From NCBI GenBank assembly GCA_913040915.1, contig CAJWHW010000009.1, positions 1-64,000 on the forward strand: a stretch of DNA of 64,000 nt. The letters are read 5' to 3'. Made by a program: the position numbers and the translations under genes. The notes under the pieces are model-generated. The model did not search any database. It had not been told where the DNA came from and was given only the letters and a program-made list of their open reading frames with translations. This document shows positions 11,201 through 20,442 of this stretch, piece after piece. Within the stretch, counting starts at the first letter, position 1, and every line of letters starts with the position of its first letter. Source of the DNA: an uncultured Fidelibacterota bacterium. Its GTDB lineage: Bacteria > Fidelibacterota > Marinisomatia > Marinisomatales > UBA1611.

Positions 11201-11951
11201 GGATATTTCATACTCTAATGATCCGGCCCGCCTAGTAATATATATTAATGATGAAAATAAAGAAGCTTCTGGAGTATTAAATGGCTTGCAATTGACTGGT
11301 GGTGATGGGACCAATGATACATTTGGTCCTAAGATTACATTTGAAACAGAATCTGGGCAGAGCTTGGAAAATGGAGATCATTTTCCTGAAGATCAAAATC
11401 TGATAATTAGAATGTCAGACCCATTAGGTATTAACCTAACTGATGAAACAGGACATGAAATTTTGGTGACAGATTTATTATCAAACCAATCAGAGACTAT
11501 TACTCAGGATTTCTATTATGATACAAACAGTATAATGACAGGCACAATTTCATTTTCTCCATCAAGTGGTAAAGAGATTAAATTATTGGTTAAGGTGTGG
11601 GATAATGCCAATAACCCTAATGAAAAGAAAATCCATTTATCTCGTACTTCAGCAAAAGACCTTAAAATATACAATGCTTATAATTACCCCAATCCATTTT
11701 CTACATTTACTCAATTTGCCTTTGAACTAACACAAACTGCAGATATAAAACTGGATATTTTTAGTTTAGGTGGAAGAAGAGTTAAATCTTTTGATGAATT
11801 CTCAAAAACTCCTGGATACCATACCATAGATTGGGATGGGTTAGATTCCTTTGGAAGTCAAATTGCAAATGGAGTTTACTTATATAGGCTTAAGGCTTTT
11901 GGTGAAAATAGTTCAGAAACTTATATTGGCCGGTGCGCAAAATACCAATAA
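8238..11951 (+). CDS. porU: PorU-like type IX secretion sortase (peptidase C25) with C-terminal T9SS/FlgD-Ig-like tail
   Basis: Signal peptide; IIFYGRGP; C25 core (IYDEFSAG..DPMGIRSF, ATDD, IGRFP, YIGHG, GTCSFGHFD, LFGDPAM); tail YNYPNPF...IDWDGLD...NGVYLYRL. Start placed at ATG 8238; the track uses 8202. Confidence 0.85.
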   Translation: MVYHSISIILFSGILFASINKTILQNNKDQLVISININAETEADLRPASIMIGLPTSNLPKTQIQFLNKDEIPFKSHQKKTSDFEWINKQKLCNLEVATLHISPLANSNEYFKTIKVSLDFERERYEHRKPNKNEFLLLKNRIVNWDIAQNWILKKERITSKITNYTPGRWFQFFLTEDGMVSIPYSSLSNVIDNISNIDPRSFSIYMSNEFGRARSQSTNQEIAPNLVEIGIWVQGEEDGVFDINDRIIFYGRGPSGYDVIGNDLDWHQNIYFSKNSCWLFIPNDSSLKGKRIHPASQPESVAITLDYGISAIHEELDLVNLKGEGTVWLSNSIPAGTSQNIVVDLFAPKPSVDISIKARVYGFSNPENALANHSISLRFGGLDGETIGNNATWTSSSFLKRDIVDTSPNITLNNGINVFYLRNMSDDSKSMPHFDFFEIQYGRELSFEDSYNFKSPISGQNIRFSFTGVKQATQFMWDITDVSNPESMVFSESNYINVTVPTALTKYFIVFDTNTLPEITEFTIKEDQEFFTLRQSGIQADYIVTGPEIFRDEATELVYLRSPAIFASLETIYDEFSAGNKDPMGIRSFIQWALEKWTEPVPTFLMILGDSGYDYRNITGQSSIVFPTIQTTSYATDDKLATLNGNVPEVAIGRFPARDESEVTNFIEKVLVIESNPDLGPWRQRVTIMADDGARPEPGSGSIEVGKSHTLYSEILADLVPSSLNVQKIYMQEYPEVSDASAFGVLKPDATEDVFKALNKGTAIISYIGHGSPYQLAQEKLLSLNRGDINQINTGQKMPIWIVGTCSFGHFDDPLTESFAEELIREPLNAASMIISTSRKISVSGNSRYTRELFERIFANDQVTDSPIGVILQIVKDGAPEGQYFHLFGDPAMSLPMPKDILNITGVTPDTLKTLGIATFNGQQSSFDGDGAGYVVLIDADREVTREYQINSQTESLTYSLPGPTLFRGQFSFAGEIFAGDIRIPQDISYSNDPARLVIYINDENKEASGVLNGLQLTGGDGTNDTFGPKITFETESGQSLENGDHFPEDQNLIIRMSDPLGINLTDETGHEILVTDLLSNQSETITQDFYYDTNSIMTGTISFSPSSGKEIKLLVKVWDNANNPNEKKIHLSRTSAKDLKIYNAYNYPNPFSTFTQFAFELTQTADIKLDIFSLGGRRVKSFDEFSKTPGYHTIDWDGLDSFGSQIANGVYLYRLKAFGENSSETYIGRCAKYQ

Positions 11952-11966
11952 TATGGAATATAAACA

Positions 11967-12548
11967 TTGAAACCAATTATACTTGCATCAAAATCCCCAA
12001 GACGAAAATATCTTTTGAATCAAATTGGAATTGAATTTTCTGTTATCCCCAGTTCAGTTATAGAACATTTAAACTACCCATTACCACCGGAAGCATTTAC
12101 AGAACATTGGGCTAGAGAAAAGGCCAAATATGTAGCCGAAAGACATCCTGATTCAATCATTATCGGCGCTGATACAATTGTAACTATTAATGGAGATATT
12201 TTGGGAAAACCAAAAAATAAATCACAAAGTATCTCTATGCTTAAATCCTTATCAGGAAAGACCCATGAAGTAATTACTGGTGTAGCATTCCACAGTATTA
12301 GCTTTAGCATAGACGAAACATTTAATGAAAGAACATTTGTTTCTTTTAAAACTTTATCTAATTCTGATATATGTTATTATATTGATAGATATAAACCTTA
12401 TGACAAGGCTGGAAGTTATGGGATCCAGGATTGGTTTGCAGTCAATATTTCTAAAATTGAAGGATGCTATTTTAACGTCATGGGGCTTCCTCTTTCATCT
12501 TTTTTCTCGCATTATCGTCGTATAGTAAATACAAATAACGAAAAATAA
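11967..12548 (+). CDS. maf: Maf family nucleoside triphosphate pyrophosphatase
   Basis: ILASKSPRR, IGADTIV, DKAGSYGIQ and NVMGLP motifs. Confidence 0.93.
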   Translation: MKPIILASKSPRRKYLLNQIGIEFSVIPSSVIEHLNYPLPPEAFTEHWAREKAKYVAERHPDSIIIGADTIVTINGDILGKPKNKSQSISMLKSLSGKTHEVITGVAFHSISFSIDETFNERTFVSFKTLSNSDICYYIDRYKPYDKAGSYGIQDWFAVNISKIEGCYFNVMGLPLSSFFSHYRRIVNTNNEK

Positions 12549-12550
12549 TT

Positions 12551-12964
12551 TTGATTACAAAATCGATTACAATAAATAAGGACTGTATTACATACCAAGC
12601 AGTAAGAGCTTCTGGGCCCGGAGGGCAAAATGTAAATAAGGTTTCTACTGCAATTATATTAAGATATCCTTTAGAATTACACCTCTACCCTTTATGGTTT
12701 ATTTACCAATTAAAATCAAATGCAGGATCTCAATTATCTAAAGAAGGTGTTATTAGAATAAAGGCACAATCCTTTCGATCGCAAAAAAAGAATAAAGAGG
12801 ATGCATTAGGACGCTTGATCGCATTATTTAACAAATCAGCAGTCAAACCAAAACCAAGAATAAAAACTAAACCGCCAAAAAGATCTAAAGAAGATCGATT
12901 GTTCAATAAAAGAAAAAAGAGCGAAAAAAAGAAAATGCGGAAACAACCAAATCTAGATGATTAA
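12551..12964 (+). CDS. arfB: Alternative ribosome rescue peptidyl-tRNA hydrolase ArfB
   Basis: RASGPGGQNVNKVST (GGQ motif) and a basic C-terminal tail. Confidence 0.92.
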   Translation: MITKSITINKDCITYQAVRASGPGGQNVNKVSTAIILRYPLELHLYPLWFIYQLKSNAGSQLSKEGVIRIKAQSFRSQKKNKEDALGRLIALFNKSAVKPKPRIKTKPPKRSKEDRLFNKRKKSEKKKMRKQPNLDD

Positions 12965-13017
12965 AATTTTACTAATTAAAATCTAATCTATAATTTCAGT
13001 ACTGAATTTTCAATGTT

Positions 13018-13836
13018 ATGGCACAGTTTTATAAAGAACTAAAAGATTTACGGCAATCCCGTGGAATTTCTATCGAAGAAATACATAATCGTACAAAAAT
13101 CAGTATAGCATATATACGTGCAATTGAATCAGGAGATTTTGATTCCATCGAGACTCCATATTTGAGATTATTTTTGAGAGCATATGCAGAAGAAATTGGT
13201 GGAGATTCAAAAAGTGCATTGGAACAACTTGACTCATTTTTAGGAAAGACGAATCCTAATATCCAAGGAATTCAGAGTCAAAATGAAGAACATAATGATG
13301 AAAACGAGAATCATAATGTTGAAGATTATTTACTAGGAATAACAAATCAAAAACTTCGCCAGGACCTAATTAAAGGAGCAATTCTGCTTTTTATTTTTAT
13401 TTTTGCTATTTTAATATTTAAAAAAATATTTAGTACCCAAGATTCTAATTTGTTATCACAGGACGGACAAATTATTCAAAAAACCTTAACAAGTTATGAA
13501 TTGACAACAAATTTTATTTTAGATAATAGTAGTGAAGAAACAATCCCAACTAAACCACCATTTTTCATAAAAGTCCGATCCCTTAATGAAATTACTTTTA
13601 CATTTCAAATAGATACTTTACCTCCAGTCTCAAGTGTAATTCAAGCCAATTGGGAACAAGATCTAGAAGCATTTGTGAATCAATCAAGCCTATTATTTCC
13701 AAATACAAAGGGCCTTACTTTATACATAAATGGCATTAATCTTCAAAATATTAAAGATTATAATCATCCTCTTCGTTTAACTATCAAGCCCAGTCCACCA
13801 TCCATTGTTATCCAGCGTTATAAACCGCTAGGGTAA
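13018..13836 (+). CDS. RodZ-like helix-turn-helix membrane protein
   Basis: N-terminal HTH (LRQSRGISIEEIHNRTKI..YIRAIESGDF..YLRLFLRAYA), a single TM helix and a periplasmic C-terminus. Confidence 0.75.
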   Translation: MAQFYKELKDLRQSRGISIEEIHNRTKISIAYIRAIESGDFDSIETPYLRLFLRAYAEEIGGDSKSALEQLDSFLGKTNPNIQGIQSQNEEHNDENENHNVEDYLLGITNQKLRQDLIKGAILLFIFIFAILIFKKIFSTQDSNLLSQDGQIIQKTLTSYELTTNFILDNSSEETIPTKPPFFIKVRSLNEITFTFQIDTLPPVSSVIQANWEQDLEAFVNQSSLLFPNTKGLTLYINGINLQNIKDYNHPLRLTIKPSPPSIVIQRYKPLG

Positions 13837-13924
13837 TTCTTTCCCATAAATAACCCACTTCTCTTCTAAAGACGATATTATCGTCAATAAAATACCTTTT
13901 TATAAAAATTAATCTGATTAATTA

Positions 13925-13970
13925 TTGACATTATTATGTCAAGTTAGGTAAGATTATGGGTAGTTGTGGG
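13925..13970 (+). promoter_or_regulatory. dcw promoter (TTGACA-18-TAAGAT) with probable MraZ boxes
   Basis: TTGACA at 13925-13930 and TAAGAT at 13949-13954. TGGG repeats at 13957-13960 and 13967-13970 have the 10-bp period typical of MraZ operators. Confidence 0.65.
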
Positions 13971-13988
13971 TAATTACCCCTTTAAAAC

Positions 13989-14453
13989 ATGACCTTGACA
14001 AATAACACTTTTACAGGCGAATATGCATATTCGCTAGATTCTAAGGGCCGAGTAAACGTCCCGGCAAAATTTAGACAATCCTTAACTGAAGACAATGAAA
14101 ATACATTTGTCATAACACGAGGTATGGATCAGTGTATTTGGGTTTACCCCAAGAGCCAATGGCTAGAAATTGAATCCAGTCTTCGAAGTCTTTCTTCACT
14201 TTCAAAAATAAATAGGGCATTTGTGCGCAATACTGCACGTTATGCCACCCCTTCCACATACGATAAACAGGGACGGATCACATTAACTCCGTCCCTGATT
14301 GAATATGCTGACTTAGAGAAGGAAGCGCTGATTATTGGCATGGTTAACAAAATAGAGATTTGGAATCCGTATTATTTAAAGGAAACTGATCAACAAAGTA
14401 TGGAAATCGATGCGGCAGCTTATGATGACCTGGCAGATAAAATTATCCTTTAA
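13989..14453 (+). CDS. mraZ: Division/cell-wall cluster repressor MraZ
   Basis: FTGEYAYSLDSKGRVNVPAKFR and DKQGRI motifs; first gene of the dcw cluster. Confidence 0.95.
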   Translation: MTLTNNTFTGEYAYSLDSKGRVNVPAKFRQSLTEDNENTFVITRGMDQCIWVYPKSQWLEIESSLRSLSSLSKINRAFVRNTARYATPSTYDKQGRITLTPSLIEYADLEKEALIIGMVNKIEIWNPYYLKETDQQSMEIDAAAYDDLADKIIL

Positions 14454-15349
14454 TGAATTCAGTCCGGGACTCAGGAACACAAATTCACGTTCCGGTTTTA
14501 TCGACGGAAGTCCTAACAAATTTAAAAATTGTAGCAAATGGAATATATCTCGATGGGACAGTTGGGCTTGGAGGGCATGCTACTCTTATTCTAGAACATT
14601 TGTCACATCAAGGACATTTTATCGGGATTGATAGGGATCATGAGGCAATATTATTATGCAAAAAAAGTCTCTCTTCCTCCACAACACCCGTATCAATATT
14701 TCACAATTCTTATCATAATTTTCATTCAATTCTGGATGAAATGGAGATTGATCAAGTGAACGGTATTTTATTGGATCTTGGACTTTCATCTTTACAGCTT
14801 GACTCCAACTCGAGAGGATTCTCTTACAATGTTAATTCAGATTTGGATATGCGTTTTGACTCGAAACAGAAGCTTAAGGCATTTCATATTGTAAACCAAT
14901 TATCGGTGAATGAATTAGCAGATGTAATATATAATTATGGCGAAGAAAGACGATCCCGTGTCATCGCCCGAAGTATAGAAAAATTGAGACCATTAAGAAC
15001 AGTTTTTGATTTGGTAGATGCTGTTAAAAGGTGTACACCACCAAATCATCGAAGCAGAACCATGGCCAGAGTTTTTCAAGCAATAAGGATAAAGGTAAAT
15101 GGAGAATTAGAAAAACTTGAAAAATTTTTAACTAGATTTATAGAAAAACTGGCAATTGATGGACAAATCGTAATTATTAGTTTTCATTCACTTGAGGATC
15201 GTTTGGTCAAGCATAGTTTTAAAAAATTGGCGGCAAAGGGAGAATTATCGATTCTGACTAAAAAACCGATTATAGCTACAAAAAAAGAGCAAATGAAAAA
15301 TAGCCGATCAAGAAGCGCAAAGCTTCGAGTAGCAAGAAGGATAAGATAA
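14453..15349 (+). CDS. rsmH: 16S rRNA m4C1402 methyltransferase
   Basis: HVPVL, DGTVGLGGH, DLGLSSLQLD, FHSLEDRLVK and RSRSAKLR motifs. Confidence 0.96.
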   Translation: MNSVRDSGTQIHVPVLSTEVLTNLKIVANGIYLDGTVGLGGHATLILEHLSHQGHFIGIDRDHEAILLCKKSLSSSTTPVSIFHNSYHNFHSILDEMEIDQVNGILLDLGLSSLQLDSNSRGFSYNVNSDLDMRFDSKQKLKAFHIVNQLSVNELADVIYNYGEERRSRVIARSIEKLRPLRTVFDLVDAVKRCTPPNHRSRTMARVFQAIRIKVNGELEKLEKFLTRFIEKLAIDGQIVIISFHSLEDRLVKHSFKKLAAKGELSILTKKPIIATKKEQMKNSRSRSAKLRVARRIR

Positions 15350-15672
15350 TGCCAAGGAAACGAATATCAAAAAGAACACGTGATTTAATACAAAGTTTAG
15401 TCTTCTTTATTTCGACTCTGGGAATCATTTCTTGTCTCATCATTTACCTATGGGTATATACTGAAATTGATGAAACTCTTTTGGTCATAGAAATTCAAAA
15501 TTCTACAGCAAAAGAATTGCAAAATGAAATTAATGAATTACATAGCCAGATTGAATCTCTTACTAGGCCTGATGTTATTGCAAGGAAAGCTCAAAAAGAA
15601 TTGAATATGGTTTTTACTGAACCGGAAACTTTACAAATCACAATCAATCCTAATCACATAAGTAATTTATGA
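15349..15672 (+). CDS. ftsL: Cell division protein FtsL
   Basis: Single TM helix plus coiled coil, located between rsmH and ftsI. Confidence 0.8.
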   Translation: MPRKRISKRTRDLIQSLVFFISTLGIISCLIIYLWVYTEIDETLLVIEIQNSTAKELQNEINELHSQIESLTRPDVIARKAQKELNMVFTEPETLQITINPNHISNL

Positions 15673-17660
15673 CGAAGACTTACTTGAAATATAGAACTAG
15701 GATCACCTTATTGGCAGGATTTATAATTCTTTCTTGGTCGGGACTCTGTATTCGTTTATTCCAAGTACAGATACTGAATGGCGAGCGTTACCAAGTCGCA
15801 GTCATAAAACAATCCCAAACAAAACAAATTTTACCTGCGAATCGAGGAAATATTTATGACCGTAAAAATCGACCATTTACTCGAAATATAATTCATTATA
15901 CCCTTTCCGTTAATCCGTCCAAGGTAAAAGATAAAGATGGTCTTGCCGAAGCCATCAGTGAAAGAACTGGCCAATCAAAAGAAAAATATCTGAGGAAATT
16001 AAACTCAAAATCAAAATTTGAATATCTTGAACGTAATCTCCAACGTGAAACCTTGGGGGCTTTAGAAACAACTGCATTTGAAGGATTAAATATTGAAAGA
16101 AAATATCGTAGATATTATCCACACAATCATATAGGTGCTCAAGTTCTAGGTTTCACTAATGTGGATGATGAAGGTATATCCGCAATTGAAAAAGATTTTA
16201 ATTCATATTTGACGGGTAAACCTGGTTGGGTTTACAAAACTAAAGGTTGGAGTGGAAAAGTTCAGCATAAAAGTGGCATGCCCTTTCAAAACCCTGTGGA
16301 TGGATCTAATGTCCAATTAACAATTGATTTAGAATATCAATCCATTCTTGAAGAAGAATTAGCCCACCGACAAAAAGACACAAAGGCAATTGCAGCGACC
16401 GGGGTTATCATGAATCCGCAAACCGGTGAAATCCTAGCCATGGCTTCAACGCCGGGATTTGACAACAATAAATTTAATGTATCATCGCCAGAACTACACC
16501 GAATTCGATCTATAACAGATCAATTTGAACCTGGCTCTACTTTTAAGGTTGTATCTGCCGTTTCAGCAATATACGAAAAAAAAATCGGTCTTGAAGAAGA
16601 ATTCAATTGTGAAAATGGTGAATACGAATATTATGATATTAAAGTTCGGGACCACGAGTCTTATGGAATGCTAACTCTTCCCCAAATCATTCATTATTCA
16701 AGCAATATTGGAATTGTAAAAGTCATGGAACGTGTAGGTCAAAAAGCTCTATACGATGTAAGTAGAAATTTTGGTTTTGGATCAGCAACAGGTTTAAGCC
16801 TGGCTGGCGAGTCATTAGGAAAATTAAGTCCAGTTAAAAATTGGAGCTCAGTTTCGTTAGGGCAAATTTCCATGGGACATGAAGTTGGTGTTACTGCAAT
16901 ACAAATGGCTGTTGCTTATAGTGCAATTGCTAATGGTGGATACGTTGTTTCACCATATATCGTTAGGCAAATAATGGATCATAATCAAGAAGTGATTTAT
17001 GCCGAAGAATCCACTATAATAAGAAAAATTTCTGATGAACAAACTATGCAAGACCTCCGGAAAATGCTTCGGGGTGTTGTAGTAAATGGGACAGGTTATA
17101 ATGCTGATATTCCAGGTTGGGACATAGCTGGTAAAACTGGTACAGCGCAAAAATGGAAGAATGGTAAGTATTCTAATGATCAATTTATTTCCAATTTTGT
17201 TGGGTTTTTTCCCTATGAAGACCCACAATTACTTGCTTTTATTATGCTAGATGAACCCATCCAGCCATATCATTGGGGTTCGGAAGGAGCTGCCGTAGCA
17301 TTTAGAAGGATAATGAAACGGATAATTAATATGGATGATGAAATATCACCACCGATAAAAAAGAAACAAAAAATAGAATTTGCCCAATCGTCATTGCAAA
17401 ATGATGTTATCATTCAGAATGATGTAGCATTAACTGTAAATGCTTCTACCCTACCTCTTGGATTATCAACAGTGGCAAGGTTTTCCAATAAAGTTGAAAT
17501 GCCTGAAGTTCGTGGCTTTAGCATGCGAAAGGCTATGACCACTCTACGTGAATGTGGACTAAAAATAAAAATACAAGGTAGCGGAACAGTGGAATGGCAA
17601 AGCCCAGTACCTGGAACAATTTTGAGCAAAGGCCATACATGCATCGTAGGATTAAAATGA
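15669..17660 (+). CDS. ftsI: Divisome transpeptidase FtsI/PBP3 with C-terminal PASTA domain
   Basis: RGNIYDR, EPGSTFK (SxxK), SSN and KTGTAQ motifs; PASTA-like MPEVRGFSMRKA. Confidence 0.92.
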   Translation: MTKTYLKYRTRITLLAGFIILSWSGLCIRLFQVQILNGERYQVAVIKQSQTKQILPANRGNIYDRKNRPFTRNIIHYTLSVNPSKVKDKDGLAEAISERTGQSKEKYLRKLNSKSKFEYLERNLQRETLGALETTAFEGLNIERKYRRYYPHNHIGAQVLGFTNVDDEGISAIEKDFNSYLTGKPGWVYKTKGWSGKVQHKSGMPFQNPVDGSNVQLTIDLEYQSILEEELAHRQKDTKAIAATGVIMNPQTGEILAMASTPGFDNNKFNVSSPELHRIRSITDQFEPGSTFKVVSAVSAIYEKKIGLEEEFNCENGEYEYYDIKVRDHESYGMLTLPQIIHYSSNIGIVKVMERVGQKALYDVSRNFGFGSATGLSLAGESLGKLSPVKNWSSVSLGQISMGHEVGVTAIQMAVAYSAIANGGYVVSPYIVRQIMDHNQEVIYAEESTIIRKISDEQTMQDLRKMLRGVVVNGTGYNADIPGWDIAGKTGTAQKWKNGKYSNDQFISNFVGFFPYEDPQLLAFIMLDEPIQPYHWGSEGAAVAFRRIMKRIINMDDEISPPIKKKQKIEFAQSSLQNDVIIQNDVALTVNASTLPLGLSTVARFSNKVEMPEVRGFSMRKAMTTLRECGLKIKIQGSGTVEWQSPVPGTILSKGHTCIVGLK

Positions 17661-19105
17661 CAAAATCTCTACATACCATTATTGCAAACCTTATTCCATC
17701 CAATAAAGAAATTAATGATATAGCTATCTCAGGAATAAAGCTGGATTCAACTCAAATTGAGCAAGGTGATTTATTCATCGCAATTTCAGGATCAAAATTT
17801 GACGGACACGACTTTATACAAGATGCCATAAAAGCAGGAGCATCAGCTGTAATCTCCAATGGCCGTGATATGGGTAAGTTATCCATTCCACAAATTATTG
17901 TAGCAAATCCAAGACGGGCAGCATCTATTGTTGCTGCTGAATTTTATGGGCACCCTACAAAGGAGCTCACAATTGTTGGTATCACTGGGACAAATGGCAA
18001 AACAACAACTGCTTCTCTACTTTATTCGATTTTAAAAGAAGCAGGACATAAAGTAGCTCAATTAGGAACTTTAGGATTAATCGGTTATAAAGATAATCGA
18101 AATGCTTCACTTACTACACTTGATTCAGTTTCTTTACAAAATCTATTTTCAGAATTGAGGGATGCGGATTTCTCACACATTGTCATGGAAGTATCTTCCC
18201 ATGCGTTGGATCAATATCGAGTTGCTGATGTGGATTTTAATGTGGCAGTATTCACAAATCTCACACCAGAACATTTAGACTATCATGCCACATTGGAATC
18301 CTATTATCAGGCAAAAGCAAAACTATTCAGAATGCTGCCTATGGAGTCCACTGCTATTGCGAATGGATCAGATCCAAATGGGACCAGAATACTGACTGAA
18401 ACAGGTGCGCCTTATTTGATATTCTCAAATGAGAATGGAACATCAATACATTTTTCTGAATGTCAAATGGACTTATCCGGCATTAGGGGCACAGTTTCTG
18501 CTGGACAATCGATTTATAATATTAATTCCAATCTTATTGGTGGATTCAATTGTGAAAATATATTGGCCGCTGTTTCATCTGCTCACGCATTGGGAATCAA
18601 TCAAGAAGCGATTGAAAATGGTATAGAAAATTGTTTGTCCATTCCTGGCCGGATGGAGTCTTTCCAGCTTGCAAGTGGTGGAACTGCAATTATCGATTAT
18701 GCACATACACCCGATGCTTATGAAAAAGTATTAGGGACTATTAAAAAACTAAACTCAGAAAATGGAAATATATTCGTAGTGTTTGGAGCTGGGGGTGACA
18801 GAGATTCAGGGAAACGTCCTCAAATGGCCAGAATAGCAGAATTATTTGCAACATATTGTTTTATTACACCTGATAATCCACGTATGGAAAATCCGGATGA
18901 CATTTCAAAAGAAGTTGTTACTGGTTTTGCTGATAACAATTTTGCTGTTTTTACTGATCGCGGATTAGGTTTACATAAAGCGTTGAAACAAACTAAACGA
19001 AAGGATATTATTGTCATTTTTGGGAAGGGACGTGAAGAGTACCAAGATATCATGGGTGAAAAAGAATTTTATTCTGATCTAAATATTTTAAAGGAATACC
19101 TTTGA
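17657..19105 (+). CDS. murE: UDP-MurNAc-tripeptide ligase (meso-DAP type)
   Basis: GITGTNGKTT, MEVSSHAL, DYAHTPDA and DNPR motifs. Start at ATG 17657 overlaps the ftsI stop. Confidence 0.95.
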   Translation: MTKSLHTIIANLIPSNKEINDIAISGIKLDSTQIEQGDLFIAISGSKFDGHDFIQDAIKAGASAVISNGRDMGKLSIPQIIVANPRRAASIVAAEFYGHPTKELTIVGITGTNGKTTTASLLYSILKEAGHKVAQLGTLGLIGYKDNRNASLTTLDSVSLQNLFSELRDADFSHIVMEVSSHALDQYRVADVDFNVAVFTNLTPEHLDYHATLESYYQAKAKLFRMLPMESTAIANGSDPNGTRILTETGAPYLIFSNENGTSIHFSECQMDLSGIRGTVSAGQSIYNINSNLIGGFNCENILAAVSSAHALGINQEAIENGIENCLSIPGRMESFQLASGGTAIIDYAHTPDAYEKVLGTIKKLNSENGNIFVVFGAGGDRDSGKRPQMARIAELFATYCFITPDNPRMENPDDISKEVVTGFADNNFAVFTDRGLGLHKALKQTKRKDIIVIFGKGREEYQDIMGEKEFYSDLNILKEYL

Positions 19106-20442
19106 GAATCGATATCAATCATCCGGAAAAATTTTCGAATGTCTTTAAAACTGTAACAGGACAAACCCTTTATCGTCCTGTAACAGGAATTACAACAGAC
19201 AGCAGAGAGATAAAAAATGGTGATCTATATGTATGCATCAAAGGTACAAGAGTAGATGGTCATTCATTTTTATCGAAAGCAGAAAAAGCAGGTGCATCTT
19301 GTACTCTGGTATCTAACATAAACCCAGCTTTAGAATTACAACAGATTAAAGTTAATGATCCTTTAACCATGGTTGGCAACATTGGATTAGCTTGGCGGAA
19401 ACATTTTGAAATTCCTGTTATTGGCATTACCGGTTCAAATGGTAAAACATCCACAAAAGAATTATTAGTACATGTACTGCAAGGCAGTCATACTGTGCAC
19501 GCCACAAGGGGAAATTTCAATACCACTATTGGGCTTCCCCTTACCCTACTCCAATTGGATGAATCACACTCTGTGTCTATATTGGAAATGGGCGCAAGTT
19601 TGCCTGGAGAAATTGAAAAACTATGCCTTATAGCTCAGCCAACACATGGCATAATTACCAATATTGCACCTGCTCATTTGGAAGGGTTTGGCTCTATTGA
19701 AACAATTGCATTTGAAAAAGGAGCATTATTTCGATCGCTTTCAGATGGCATTTCTTTTGTAAATATGGCTGATGAAAGAATTTCTACAATGTATATTAAT
19801 GGTGAAAAAATTACTTTTGGTCTAACCTCCGAATGTGATTTTCCTGCAGATATACACCAAGAGCATGATGGTTCGCTAACATTAATTTTAGATACACATG
19901 AAATCCCGACCGGAAGTCAGAATTTGTCTTTTATCAAAAATGCTATCGCTGTATCTGCAATTTCAATTACCTTAGGTCTGGATTGGAAAATACTAATCGA
20001 TAAAATTCAATCTTTTTCACCTCCTTCAGGGCGTTGCCAAGTAAAACAATATAATGAAATTACTGTTATTGATGATACTTATAATGCGAATTTGATTTCA
20101 TCACTAGCAGCATTGGATTATCTAAAAGCATTTTCTGGAAATGGAAGAAGAATATTTGTTTTTGGTGATATGTTTGAGCTAGGACCGACATCAGTAGATC
20201 AGCACCGAAAAATTGGAGAAAAATGTACTGAATTAGGATTGGATGGTGTTTTTACAATCGGAAAACATACCATTCACACTAATTCTGCTATCAATAATGA
20301 AATTAGCCATTACCACTTTGACACACATGAAGAATTAATTCAAAACCTTCAAAACAATATCCATCCCGGAGATAAAATTTTGTTTAAGGGTTCCCGTGGC
20401 ATGGCCATGGAGAAAGTTATAAAAGGAGTATTTGGCGGCTGA
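19102..20442 (+). CDS. murF: UDP-MurNAc-tripeptide--D-Ala-D-Ala ligase
   Basis: GITGSNGKTSTKE, DDTYNAN, GDMFELG and KGSRGM motifs. Confidence 0.95.
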   Translation: MRIDINHPEKFSNVFKTVTGQTLYRPVTGITTDSREIKNGDLYVCIKGTRVDGHSFLSKAEKAGASCTLVSNINPALELQQIKVNDPLTMVGNIGLAWRKHFEIPVIGITGSNGKTSTKELLVHVLQGSHTVHATRGNFNTTIGLPLTLLQLDESHSVSILEMGASLPGEIEKLCLIAQPTHGIITNIAPAHLEGFGSIETIAFEKGALFRSLSDGISFVNMADERISTMYINGEKITFGLTSECDFPADIHQEHDGSLTLILDTHEIPTGSQNLSFIKNAIAVSAISITLGLDWKILIDKIQSFSPPSGRCQVKQYNEITVIDDTYNANLISSLAALDYLKAFSGNGRRIFVFGDMFELGPTSVDQHRKIGEKCTELGLDGVFTIGKHTIHTNSAINNEISHYHFDTHEELIQNLQNNIHPGDKILFKGSRGMAMEKVIKGVFGG

